In this document: positions 36,901 through 46,448 of the stretch, one piece after another
How the letters are laid out: each line of letters starts with the position of its first letter
Numbering within the stretch: the stretch's first letter is position 1
Assembly: GCF_036588685.1 (NCBI RefSeq)
Contig: NC_086379.1
Span: forward strand, 14,384,001 to 14,448,000
DNA: 64,000 nt
Source of the DNA: Mytilus trossulus
Taxonomy: Eukaryota
Reading direction: 5' to 3'
The notes under the pieces: generated by a model
The model's input: only the letters and a program-made list of their open reading frames with translations
Databases searched by the model: none
What the model was told of the DNA's origin: nothing
Program-made: the position numbers and the translations under genes

Positions 36901-39900
36901 CTATATTGCTATGAATCTCAGTTTATGACCAAACTCAGTAAAGACCCATCATTGTTACATTTGGTTGATACATTCAAAAATACCTACCGTTATCTGGATG
37001 ATATTTTTTCGTTGAATAATCCAGAGTTCTCTAAATATACTTCAGAAATTTACCCAAACGAACTTACTTTAACTAAATCTAACATAAACAGCAGCAGTTG
37101 TCCTTTTCTAGATTTAGACATTTCAATTTCAAACGGGAAACTTCACACTAAAATTTACGACAAAAGAGACGATTTTTCATTTCCTATTGTTAATTTTCCT
37201 TTTTTAGACGGCGATGTGCCTTTGGCTCCATCATACGGTGTTTATATATCGCAACTCGTTCGGTTTGCCCGTGTGTGTTCTGATGTCATAGATTTTAACG
37301 AACGTAATCAATGCATCACTGGTAAATTGTTGTGTCAGGGATTTCGATACCATAAATTACTTAAAACTTTTACTAAATTCTTTCATAGATACAAAGATTT
37401 GATTAGTAAATTTGGCTATACCTGTAGAAAGCTTATTAAAAATGGTATTTCTCATCCTAAATTTTATGGTAATATTGTACTTAAAGCGAGGAAATCACTA
37501 TGTGATCCTTGTAAACTCATCGAACCTTTAAACAAACTTATAAGTAAGGGTTATCGTACCAATATTGTAATTAGATCTCTGAATATAGTTCACATTGGCA
37601 CTAATATTGATTTTGTCATTAGCAAATTAAAACATAACTAAATTTCATTATCTTTTGAGGCGAGATGTATAGGGGACACAGCCACGTTAACTTTTATTTC
37701 TATAGAAGTAGCTCTTCACTATACTACTACCTATCGATACATTTATTTTTGGCATTGCACAAGTCATGTCTTCTTTGACTATTAATGACGTTAAAATACT
37801 AAATCCCTGTGATGTGTTTTAGTCGATTTTAGTCTCTGATGCATGATTTTTACTATTAATTGGTTTTGGCTTTTAACTAGCTGTCAGTAACTGCGAGTAC
37901 TCTCAAATCGTATTTTCTTGTTAATTCGACCTGTTGATACTGTTTATAATGCTTTTTTGTCATTTTTTATTTATATGTATCTTGCTTGTATACCAGCTTT
38001 GATTATTTGTAATATCTTCAATTTTTCACTTATTCTTACAACATTTGTATAAACTTCAAGATTATAAAAAAACGGTTTTTTTCTAAAGTGAACATTGATT
38101 GGTTAAATATTTCTCAGTGTGTTTGAATTTGTTTGTAAGCCTTTTGGTCATGAATGTTTGTCTCTAATATTTAATTAACTGTGCATTTGTATTCAGATAT
38201 CGCAGATCAAATTTATTCGTTCATTGTGTAATCATACGTTTTTTGATTGAGTTAAGTCTGCCAATTGATATTTTATCGTATGTTTTTATATGTTGTGATG
38301 TTATGCTAATGTTTCAGAAAAAGGGAGAAGGTTTGGGCCCATTAAAACGTTTAATCCCGCTGCAAATGTTTGCACCTGTCCTAAGTCAGGAATCTGATGT
38401 ACAGTAGTTGTCGTTTGTTTATGTAATATATACGTGTTTCTCGTTTCTCGTTTTGTTTATATAGATCAGACCGTTGGTTTTCCCGTTTGAATGGTTTTAC
38501 ACTAGTAATTTTGGGGCCTTTATAGCTTGTTGTTCGGTGTGAGCCAAGGCTCCGTGTTGAAGGCCGTACTTTAACCTATAATGGTTTAATTTTTTAATTG
38601 TTATTTGGATGGAGAGTTGTCTCATTGGCACTCACACCACATCTTCCTATATCTATAGAAACAATATCCAACTTAAAGGTAAATACAAAAAACAGAAAGG
38701 TCATACAAATTCAAACGCAATCAACCAACGGAACAAGTTAAAAATAAAATATTCTATTCCTGACTTGGTACAGGCATTTTCTAAAGAAAATGATAGGTTA
38801 ACTTAAGTTTTACGGCTGGCAAAACATCTTTATTGTATGTTGTTAACAGTTTCATTAAATTGACAAATTGATTGAGTATTCCAGACATTTATATTTTGTT
38901 AATGTGCAAATTGTTGTGACCCAGCATGACTGAGTAAACTTACATCACTGACATATAAAACTGACTGAAAATTCAAACAAACATAGAAATATATCTAACA
39001 ACGATGTGAACAAAAAGATTGCTGTAGTTGATAGTAAAATTGACTAAGAAAAATACAAAAGCATTATGGTTATTGAGGAGAACCCTGTAAAATCCAAATC
39101 CTGCATTTCAGATTTGATTTTGAGAGGTAAAGAGTTAGCTAGGTCAAAATATTGATTTTTGGAAAAATAGTGAAAAATAAAATCAATTGTCTTGCTATTC
39201 TGAATTTTAGTAAAATCTTGCTCTAAACCATTCCCTCTCGCAAGCGGCTATTGCTAGTTATGGCTATTAGTACTTTAAATAACCATTTGATACCAAACAA
39301 ATTTTTTTTTTTAAACAACGAACATTATAGCGATATGCTTCTGTTGTATTAATAAGTCAAATTTTGGGAAGAATGAAGAATAATACTATTTTATCAATTG
39401 CTTGTAATTGTGTTATTGTTCAATACAATTTAGCTGGTTCCCTAAGTTGTTTGTGTTAAAATTCTCACCCAGTCGCTATAGTTTATATCTGCGCCTTTGG
39501 AAAGCCAATCTTTAACCTTTTGTAAATCCCCGTTTTCAGCTGCTTTACAGAGAACCTGGAGGAAAGCATATATTCCATTGAACAAGTATTCTCTATTAGG
39601 AATATTTGTTTGTACAATAGTATCAATTATTATAACTCAGAATGCTTTTTCTATATAAAAAGTAATGAAATAGTTGTGCTATATCATTCCACAGAACCAT
39701 TTGCCAGTCAATAGTTTCAAAGCCTATTGCCCCGGGAAATAGTTTCATAATCATCTTTCCCGTACTTTTTCATGCTTAAATTTCATTGAACGATAATGAT
39801 GTCATTGACTACTCTGCTTGGCTACGTATGCTTTGCAACGTCAAACTCACTCTTATATTGTAAACGTTGGAATCTGTTTGTGTTGATTGTAATTTAACTT

Positions 39901-40925
39901 TCAAGAAGCAATTATAAGAAAGAAAAAAAATCTTCACGGGAATTTTATAAAGATCTAGAATATAGTACCTTATTCATAATATTGGTTCGCTCTCCGTATA
40001 TTAAAAGTAAATTTGCGTTTGGTGTACTTTAGCTTGAATTAAATATAAGAACGGAAAGCTTAACACTTGTTCAATATAATAAAACACCTAATGACTGGTT
40101 GTGCGGGTAATATCAAGTTTGTTGTCCTTTTTGCATACCAACTATTGCTCTTGGCTTTGCCCGGAGCAATAGTTGGTACCTCAGGGACAACAAACTGTCT
40201 ATTATCCTAACAACCCGACATAGGAGCGTAAAACAACTGAATGCAATGTGTCTTCAATACAGTGAGAAAATTCCCCACCCGGAGGCGTGGTTCTTCTGAC
40301 CCCTAAACAAAAATGTGTACTAGTTCAGTGATAATAGACGTCATACTAAACTTCGAAATAAATAAAAGAAACTATAAAAATTATAATCATACAAGACTAA
40401 CAATGGTCAGAGCCTCCTGACTTGGGACAGGCGCAACAATGCGTTGGGGTTAAACATGTTTTTGATATCGCAACTCTCCTATACCACAAGCAAATGTAAA
40501 AAAACAACCGCGCACAGCAATACGCACAGTTAAGATCAGTTTAAAAGAAGACCAAGTTCGATGTCAAAATACTTGAATAACGTTTGTTTTCATAAACAGC
40601 TGATTTTAGGTGTCATTTAATACAAAGTCAGATTAGACCGATCTATCGTATTAAGAAAAATAATGCGTATTGTAGGATTTGTGTTATCACATAAATAACA
40701 TATAAATTTATGACAATCTTTAAGCTAGAAAAGAGATAATTTTAACAAGTGTAAAAACTCCATTTAATTGAATTAAAACTGATGTCACGTCAAAACCTGA
40801 ATTCGGAATACGATATATCTGAATTTTATTTCAAATTAGAAATGATCACGCTCTAAAACAAATACGAATTAGATTGGTGTCATTTTTGTAAAACTTACAT
40901 CATGTCCCTGCTGCCAACTTTCCAT
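3810..40925 (-). CDS. Multi-exon ankyrin-repeat protein gene (ATG exon, N-cap exon, 11 single-repeat exons); 3' end unresolved
   Basis: 13 coding exons each bounded by AG/GT on the minus strand with phase-0 junctions. They splice into MESWQQGHD-VLCKAAENGDLQKVKDWLSKGADINYSDW followed by repeats of the G-x-T/N-x-LH-x-A...G...LL...DP-x-x-x-N ankyrin pattern. Confidence 0.88.
4123..6263 (-). mobile_element. 5'-truncated, decayed L1/Tx1-type LINE (RT C-terminal half and A-rich tail)
   Basis: ITRSIRQ*CPIAP, MFADDTQLF, YENASGLK, WKSRDLTFTGKVLIIKS, LPKEKGGIGMINL, LQWKLLHR across several frames; A-rich tail near 4110-4150. Confidence 0.88.
6494..6595 (-). CDS. Divergent ankyrin repeat exon DGDTPFDTAAEVEKLKTVRLLLERTTIDPKKIYK
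   Basis: 102 nt, ttttag/GTATAG; TPFD replaces TPLH. Confidence 0.8.
9156..9257 (-). CDS. Ankyrin repeat exon NGDTLLHSACRGGDPTILQLLLERTMIDPKSVNK
   Basis: 102 nt, tttcag/GTATTG; lies inside ORF 9111..9350. Confidence 0.9.
11661..13490 (+). mobile_element. Head-to-tail dimer of a Helentron-associated (HINE/DINE-like) non-autonomous element
   Basis: Units start at 11661 and 12533 (872-bp period). 5' palindrome CAATTGTTC-aga-GAACAATTG plus GGTCTTTCCAC; internal TGACCTTGACCT subrepeats; 3' hairpin GGTCTTTCCAC-n6-GTGGAAAGACC present twice. Confidence 0.7.
14735..14960 (-). repeat. Third copy of the tRNA-derived unit
   Basis: Reverse complement of the 62.9-63.15 kb unit, including B box GGTTCGAATTCC and the (TA)n end. 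Confidence 0.7.
17144..17245 (-). CDS. Ankyrin repeat exon DNDTLLHSAVRDGHLHILQWLLERTKIDPNIVNK
   Basis: 102 nt, ttgcag/GTATTG; lies inside ORF 17108..17476. Confidence 0.9.
18143..18244 (-). CDS. Ankyrin repeat exon DGDNLLHSAVRGGLLNILQWLLERTKIDPKEENK
   Basis: 102 nt, ttccag/GTATTG. Confidence 0.9.
19158..19259 (-). CDS. Ankyrin repeat exon DGDTLLHLAVRDGRIIILQWLLQRTKIDPYSVNK
   Basis: 102 nt, ttacag/GTATTG. Confidence 0.9.
20258..20359 (-). CDS. Ankyrin repeat exon DGDNILHSAVRGDHLIILQWLLERTKIDPKSLNK
   Basis: 102 nt, ttccag/GTATTG. Confidence 0.9.
21267..21368 (-). CDS. Ankyrin repeat exon DGDNILHSAVRGGHLNILQWLLERTKIDPKSVNK
   Basis: 102 nt, ttccag/GTATTG; same peptide as the 22246 exon with two synonymous differences. 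Confidence 0.9.
22246..22347 (-). CDS. Ankyrin repeat exon DGDNILHSAVRGGHLNILQWLLERTKIDPKSVNK
   Basis: 102 nt, ttccag/GTATTG. Confidence 0.9.
22918..23198 (-). pseudogene. Destroyed ankyrin exon (donor deleted, split by a hammerhead-family repeat)
   Basis: Acceptor and DGDT codons at 23187-23198; the remainder of the exon at about 22920-23001; insert of about 185 bp between them. The caatacctta donor segment found in sister units is missing. Confidence 0.85.
23002..23186 (-). mobile_element. Hammerhead-family repeat fragment inserted in an ankyrin exon
   Basis: Motif at 23047-23089 reads CGUCA-CUGAUGU-GUCU...AGAC-GAAA-CGCGCG-UC-UGGCG, with one core substitution. Confidence 0.85.
24736..27031. 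mobile_element. Non-autonomous TIR DNA transposon with TTAA TSD (Kolobok-like termini)
   Basis: TTAA|GGGAATACGATACAGTAG ... CTACTGTATCGTATGCCC|TTAA; TIRs match at 17 of 18 positions. Confidence 0.8.
27130..27579 (+). repeat. Dispersed repeat, probably the 3' end of another retroelement family (also 3058-3372 minus and about 8708-8960 plus)
   Basis: Three aligned copies share aagtcaggaatatgacagtt...gtccattc, and two share the end ttcagtatttttgtgattttact. The AAGTCAGGAAT motif also occurs in the Naiad 3' UTR. Confidence 0.65.
28289..28711 (-). mobile_element. 3'-terminal fragment of the Naiad-type element
   Basis: Near-identical reverse complement of about 38235-38657. Confidence 0.9.
29313..29417 (-). 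CDS. Ankyrin repeat exon FNGNTPLHAASSCGNLDIVQLLLERADIDPNVENK
   Basis: 105 nt, poly-T-ag acceptor and GTACGA donor, TPLH motif; one codon longer than its paralogues. Confidence 0.82.
30459..30560 (-). CDS. Ankyrin repeat exon YDDTPLHAATSCGHLDIDKLLLNRADIDPNKGNG
   Basis: 102 nt, tttcag/GTATGG, TPLH motif. Confidence 0.9.
30940..31290 (-). repeat. Dispersed repeat (related piece at about 46763-46930)
   Basis: Shared cagagggacagt.aaactca...gccatg.ctaaaaaa block. Confidence 0.5.
34900..37641 (+). pseudogene. EN-RT polyprotein frame, predicted selenoprotein (3 Sec TGA codons); this copy inactivated by 2 nonsense changes
   Basis: 913 codons with no frameshift. TGA at 34915, 35776 and 36190 (expected Cys positions); TAA at 35476; TGA at 35881 (expected Gly of KGPKYR). 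Confidence 0.8.
37777..37834 (+). promoter_or_regulatory. Eukaryotic SECIS element (type II)
   Basis: Helix I GACTA/TAGTC; core ATGAC (37785-37789) and CGAT (37824-37827); 10-bp helix II GTTAAAATAC/GTGTTTTAGT; apical AA plus ATC/GAT mini-stem. Starts 136 nt after the ORF stop. Confidence 0.85.
39469..39555 (-). CDS. Ankyrin N-capping exon VLCKAAENGDLQKVKDWLSKGADINYSDW
   Basis: 87 nt, acceptor tcctccag, donor GTGAGA. The L-x-x-AA-x-x-G-DL-x-x-V-x-x-x-L-x-x-GADIN pattern is typical of a first ankyrin repeat. Confidence 0.88.
40899..40925 (-). CDS. Ankyrin gene start-codon exon, coding part MESWQQGHD (whole exon 40899-40932)
   Basis: Acceptor ttttacag, then ATAGACG-ATG, donor GTAAGT. An in-frame TAG two codons upstream supports this ATG as the start. 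Phase 0 joins the N-cap exon. Confidence 0.72.
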
Positions 40926-41394
40926 CGTCTATCTGTAAAATAAACATACACATTAATTATGTGTGCTAAATCGTTTCAGAAAACTGTTTTGATGGCAAAC
41001 ATAAAAACATTTTTTATTTGTCAATCAAGATACATTGAGTAGCAAACCAATTACAATTTAATCAAAGTATACAAATAATTGAAGAATAAAATCATTTTAA
41101 AACACTCTATAACATTTATAGGTATTAATTCATTGAACAATGCCAGGTTTTTCCTTATTTTATTTGATATTGTATTCTGAATCTATGATTAAGCAAAAAT
41201 TCTGTTGTTGAATTAAAATTTTCAAATAATGTTTAGTGTTACTCAATCAGTTGTCGCTTCATTTGTTAAACTCTTCAGTGGATGTTATTTTTTCTGATAG
41301 TCTGACCCTAAATAAAGACGTATTTAGTATAACTTAAAGGGTATATCGCAGGTCACTGCTCGGTTAGTCAATTTTCTATGTGTCTATAGAGAAT

Positions 41395-41426
<32 letters not shown>

Positions 41427-41861
41427 TTACTTTTTGATAACTTTACATGTACTGATCTCGAAAAACAAATATTCCCTTTTGTAACTTATTTTTAGAGAAT
41501 TGTCCCTAAATCTCTAAGCCAACAAATAAAATTTGCTTCAATATGAAGACGTATTTTAACATTAACAAATAAGTCATACAAGATACCAGACAAATGTTAG
41601 TACATACTCGTCTTTGGTGCTTGCATCAAAACAATTAAAAGTTTCGGTCAACTAGAAAGTTAAGCCGTAGTGAAATCCTCTAGTATCAAATAAGATGAAT
41701 GCCGAATTATGACTTGAAGTAAAACAAAAAGGTATTTCGATTTATGTTTCACATATTTGAACATACATTTTACAACACGTTTGATACATCACTATTTGTA
41801 AAATATCAACATACAACCTAGGTGGTTTTCGTGAAAAGGCAATCGACGATTATTAATACTG

Positions 41862-43000
41862 GGTAAATAAACTCAACATAATTACCAGGATTGCATTTTA
41901 TTATATCTACGCCAGACGCGTGTTTTGTCTACAATAGATTCTTCACACGAATAAAAGAAAAATGCTAAAAAAGACCAAATAAAGTAAGAATTTGAAGATT
42001 ATGAAGACTAAAAAGCCCTAAAGGTTTTGTCAAATACAGCTAGTCTATTCCTGAGGTAGACAGGGGCACTGACGGGCATATATGAATAAAGACGATCCAG
42101 TGATTCCATAAACAGTCTTGAGGAAACGATGATAGTCCGTCGGAAAGGGACGATAAATGGCTGACCCGTGTTAAGAGAGAGCCACATCTCTGCACGTTAA
42201 AGACACCCTTGTAGATTTCGAAAAAGAGTAGGCTAATGCCGCTACAAGGCAGCACTCGCACCCGCAAAGTGGAAAGGGATTAATATAAGTTGCAAAACTT
42301 GTTTCCCAATCCACTATAAATAAATATGTTTAAAACTAAACAATCTGGTAGGGAAGCCTTGGTATTTTAAACTTTCAAAGTTTTGTTAAAAGTTATCAAA
42401 GGTACCAGGATTATAATTTAATACGCCAGACGCGCGTTTCCATTACGTGAAACTCATCAGGGACGCTCAGAACCAAAATTCTTAAAACAATATACCAAAT
42501 ACTGATAAGTTAATTTATTACTGGGATTTATAAAAATCACCATATAATTGATATTCATGTCAAGACCGAATTGCTGACTAATGGGCTAGTGATACCCTCG
42601 GGGACGAAACGTTCACCAGCAAGGGCATCGACACAGTAGTGTAAAAGGTTATTAAAGGTACCAGAATGATAACTTAATACGCCAGATGCGCGTTTCGTCT
42701 ACTTCAGACTCATCATCAATAAAGTCTAAAGCCAAACAAGTACAAAGTTGAAGACCATCGAGGACTCAAAATTCCAAACGTTGTAAACAGTTAATTTAGT
42801 ATTATGACTATATCAATGATAATTATGTGAGCTCAGAAGTGCTGACTACTGAATATACTGGATATACTATCGGGGAATAAAACTACAACAGCAGTAGCAT
42901 CGATTCAAAGGTTGTAAATAAACTCATAATACATACCAGGATTGCAATTTTATATTTACGCCAGACATGATTTTCGAATACAAAAGACACATCATAAATG
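41862..43000 (-). repeat. Decayed tandem array of a second hammerhead repeat family (4 motifs)
   Basis: tacgccagacgcgcgtttcgtct...gactcatcag motif at 41908, 42422, 42678 and 42957. Minus-strand consensus CGUCA-CUGAUGA-GUCU...AGAC-GAAA-C(GCGC)G-UC-UGGCG. Confidence 0.8.
42061..42345 (+). mobile_element. 5'-truncated SINE fragment resembling the Deu/Nin domain, nested in the hammerhead array
   Basis: gggacgataaa...gacccgtg...gcacgttaaagacaccc...ttcgaaaaagagtagg resembles the Deu-domain core (from memory); A-rich tail; interrupts a hammerhead repeat unit. Confidence 0.55.
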
Positions 43001-44309
43001 AAATGCTTAAGGTATAAATGCTTGATACTAAAAACTGGTATATATAAACCTCACGCAATGAATAGTCAAACGTGTTTTTAAAATATATAAAGTTTCTACA
43101 AATTAACGTGTAAAACGATACCAAAATGTGAACGGACTGATCTAACATTCAAGTAAAAGTAACGTTTCCTGGATATCTTCTTTCTTAAAGCTAACGCAGC
43201 CACGAAATAACCAAATAAACCCAGATTCTTTACATAAACTATGAAGACCAGAGCGTAAAAAGAAGCCGACGTGGTTATGACTAAACTTATCAAGACAGAA
43301 GTCTATCGACTGAGCTTCTCGAACCCCATCAAAAACTTGGGTTGATCTCAAATGCATGTTTCCGATAAACTCAGGGAATGATTGGAAACTGATCAATGCA
43401 GTTAGACGCTAGAAAATAGCGTTTACAACCTTGCATATCATTTTTGTGGTTAAACATCGGTGTTCCAATTTATGTTCTGTTGTTAAATGTTACGTATTCG
43501 TACATTGTGTTTCGTTTGTTTACATGTCTAATATATTCGTTCGATTTACCTCCCTTATTAAATTATAAAGAACAGTTTATAATGTTATCAAAACAATCGT
43601 CGAGTCTGGTTTGCATTTCAATTGATTGATTGTTAGATGTAAAACGTTCTTTGGCAGGTATTCCATGCTTTTCACGACGAGATAAGCTTTTGTAAAAGGA
43701 TTGAGAAGTGATTGAGATGACACAAATTCAGTATTTTTTCATTTATTATATCCACACATCCTTTATTAATATGGAACGAATTAAAAAGGTTGAGTTTGGG
43801 TAAATTCTGTTTCCTAGAATAAATCCCCCAACAGGAAAGTGTTAATGTGCCTTAGTTCCAATTGATCCGACTTGCTGTTGAATTATTTTTGAGGTTAGGT
43901 AACAGATATATAAGGGTGCACTCGATCAATTGTAAAACTATAGAGTTTGATGTATTCTTGTTGAAAGTATGAGCACTACAACACCAACAAAACTGATAGT
44001 AACATAGTTTTTTTAAATAGTACATTTTCTTAAAATTCCATTCCCAAAGTAAAAAGAAAAAATTAGAACAATAAGATCCGACGAAATCATATATATAAGT
44101 CCTGTACATGTTATTATTTTGTACAAGTAATTATTACTTGTACAAAAATTTTAAACAAGTAATTACTTGTATGATATTACTTGTACAAATACATTTGTAC
44201 AAGTAATTACTAGTACAATTTTTACAGAGAAAAAGATAATAACTTGTACAAATCATTATTTGAAGTTTACAACACATCGTTTCCCTTTTAACAAATAATT
44301 TATTACTTA

Positions 44310-44663
44310 GACCCCGTTTACACTAGCAACGAAATTGAATTGATATTTATTTAAATCGATCTTAAAAAGACCAGTTCGCGTTTACATTGCACAAGCAAGA
44401 TCGGCCGAGATCGATCTTATTTAATCCGCTGGGTTTACACTACATCATAAAAAAAAACGGTCTTACCTTTATTTTCCCATCTAAATATAACAAACATCTG
44501 AAAAAAGATCGATCGCGGTCCATCTAAGTGTTTATACCATAACAAAAGATTGATTCGAATAAGATCGATCTTTTTAAAACCACCTCTAGAAGTAGACTTT
44601 TTAAGTCCGATTGAAGATCGATCGTACCCGTTATCGATCTTTTTTGTCAGTGTAAACGGGGTC
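44310..44663. mobile_element. MITE with TTA TSD (PIF/Harbinger-like)
   Basis: TTA|GACCCCGTTTACACT ... AGTGTAAACGGGGTC|TTA, perfect 15-bp TIRs; internal AGATCGATC palindromes. Confidence 0.88.
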
Positions 44664-45941
44664 TTAGTCTAAAGGTATAAACAATATAAATATATGTGAG
44701 TACATTTTATAGATCAAATAGACGAGCAAAACTGTTAAGTTTAGTAAACAGCATGCCATAAAAACTCCACGACAAAAGATAAAATAAAATAATATGCATA
44801 CTAAAATGTGTACGATTATAAAACATACACATAGAGAATAAGAACTGCCATGAAAACAAATCAACCCAAACAAAAACCAAAATACATTACGGAACATCTT
44901 TTTAAAGTGTTATCTGTTGTTTTTTTGTGGTTTCTTGAAAAAAATCGAGTACGTTCAAGAGCAATTCGTTAGAAATTACTAGAGAACTAGGTTTGTACCC
45001 AAAACCTGTCATCCCTATTAATTACTCATACAATTTTCTGCATCAGCAACTCTCGGTTGTCCAATCAAATGTAGTTTTACATTCAATCTAAATGGCGAGA
45101 GAGGCGACAAACTAGGTAACAATCTAACATATTTTCTACACCTCGAACCTGTAAGGACACTTCGCGTTAATAAACTATAGTTTACCTAGGTGACCTTTAG
45201 TTGTATCATGTTTGTATCATGTTGGTCTTTTGTGGATAGTTGTCTCATTGGTACTTGCACTTGCCAATTTGTCAACTTTTCATATATACATACAGTATCT
45301 TTGCAATTTCATCGGTGATAAGTTTTATTTCATATTGTAAACATCATCTATATTAAAGTCCTCAAATGCATAATGTGTGTTATGACATGTTCACTAATCA
45401 CACAAATAAACAATCGAATTGCATTGCACTTCTTAAAATCCTACATTGAAAATATTAACATTAACACTTTTTTAGTTTCAATGAACCGCTATCAATAAAA
45501 GAAAGAATAAATACACCAAAAGAACATTCAAATTCATAATTCGAAAACCAAATGGGTTTTGCTCAATGTCAAAACCTATATTTGTAAACTTCTTTGTCAA
45601 TTGATCTCTGGTGGAGAGTTGTTTACTTGCATTGGCAGTCATACCAATTTTTTCTCGTGGGTTTTCAAAATATATCTTATGATGATTTTACCAAACATTA
45701 TGAAATTTAAATCCAAATTTTCTCGATTTTAAAACGCATCAAATGTATTATTAAATGCGGTTATCGCTCCTAGAATTTTTGGAAATACAAATACGGCTGG
45801 CTAATCATCACATACATTGTATGTGTTGACATCTTGCCTATTTTTGCCAACGATAGCTCTGATTAAAGATGCCAAACTTATAATTATCTACGTCAAATGC
45901 TTAAATCGTTTATATAGGTTAATCAGATGTGGTTGTATTAA

Positions 45942-46448
45942 GGTCAAGGAACAGTAAATGGGCTATGTCGCAGATTTTGCTAAAAAATTGCATACAACCT
46001 TGGCTCGTTGAACTACAACTGAAAATAGAAAAATAAAATACATTTATCTCTTTTATTATCTGAAAAATTGCAGATTGATTTCTTTTATTAAAAAAACGCA
46101 ACTTTGAATGATGTTTACCGTAAAAACGAAGTCGGTGACCCTATCTTTATTTTGCATCATTATAACGGAAATTATGTATCAACAACATATAGTTTTTTAA
46201 GAAAAATCTATGGAGTCGAATAAAAGATTTGGCGATTTTAAGACAAATTTTAGAAAGGTTTTCGACGATTTTATGTGCTTTCTATACAAATGTTCACACA
46301 TGTTGTAAGAATTCAATCAGTAATATTTTAAATGATAAATGAGATGAATACATTATTTTTTCGATTTTCAGTTGAAGTTCATCGAGCCAGAGTTGAATGC
46401 CAAAATTTACTGAAATCTGTGAAATAGCCCATTTACTGTAACTTGACC
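45942..46448. mobile_element. MITE with TTAA TSD (Kolobok-like)
   Basis: TTAA|GGTCAAGGAACAGTAAATGGGCTAT ... ATAGCCCATTTACTGTAACTTGACC|TTAA. Confidence 0.85.

Larger units (their letters stand above)
34897..38657 (+). mobile_element. 5'-truncated Penelope-like retroelement with N-terminal GIY-YIG and C-terminal RT (Naiad type)
   Basis: One frame from 34900 to 37641: VYVVT*TQPKCGIQYVGQTGR...RELFWIKRLQTAYPLGLND (GIY-YIG), T*DC...GHVITGDL linker, PADKASNN, YWLPKLHK, YDFSTLYT, GIPMGTNCAP, RYLDD. About 1 kb of 3' UTR; its end recurs elsewhere in the window. Confidence 0.92.

Noticed and set aside
37840-38220. Second SECIS at the ATGA motifs near 37843 and 38150
   Set aside because: Could not form helix II with a correctly placed GA by hand.
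3810-40925. Naming the gene (IkB, ANK1-3, TRPA and similar)
   Set aside because: Only generic ankyrin repeats are visible; no diagnostic domain.
44103-44252. Iterated TTACTTGTACAA motifs as a regulatory array
   Set aside because: Irregular low-complexity palindromic repeat, more likely transposon subterminal sequence.
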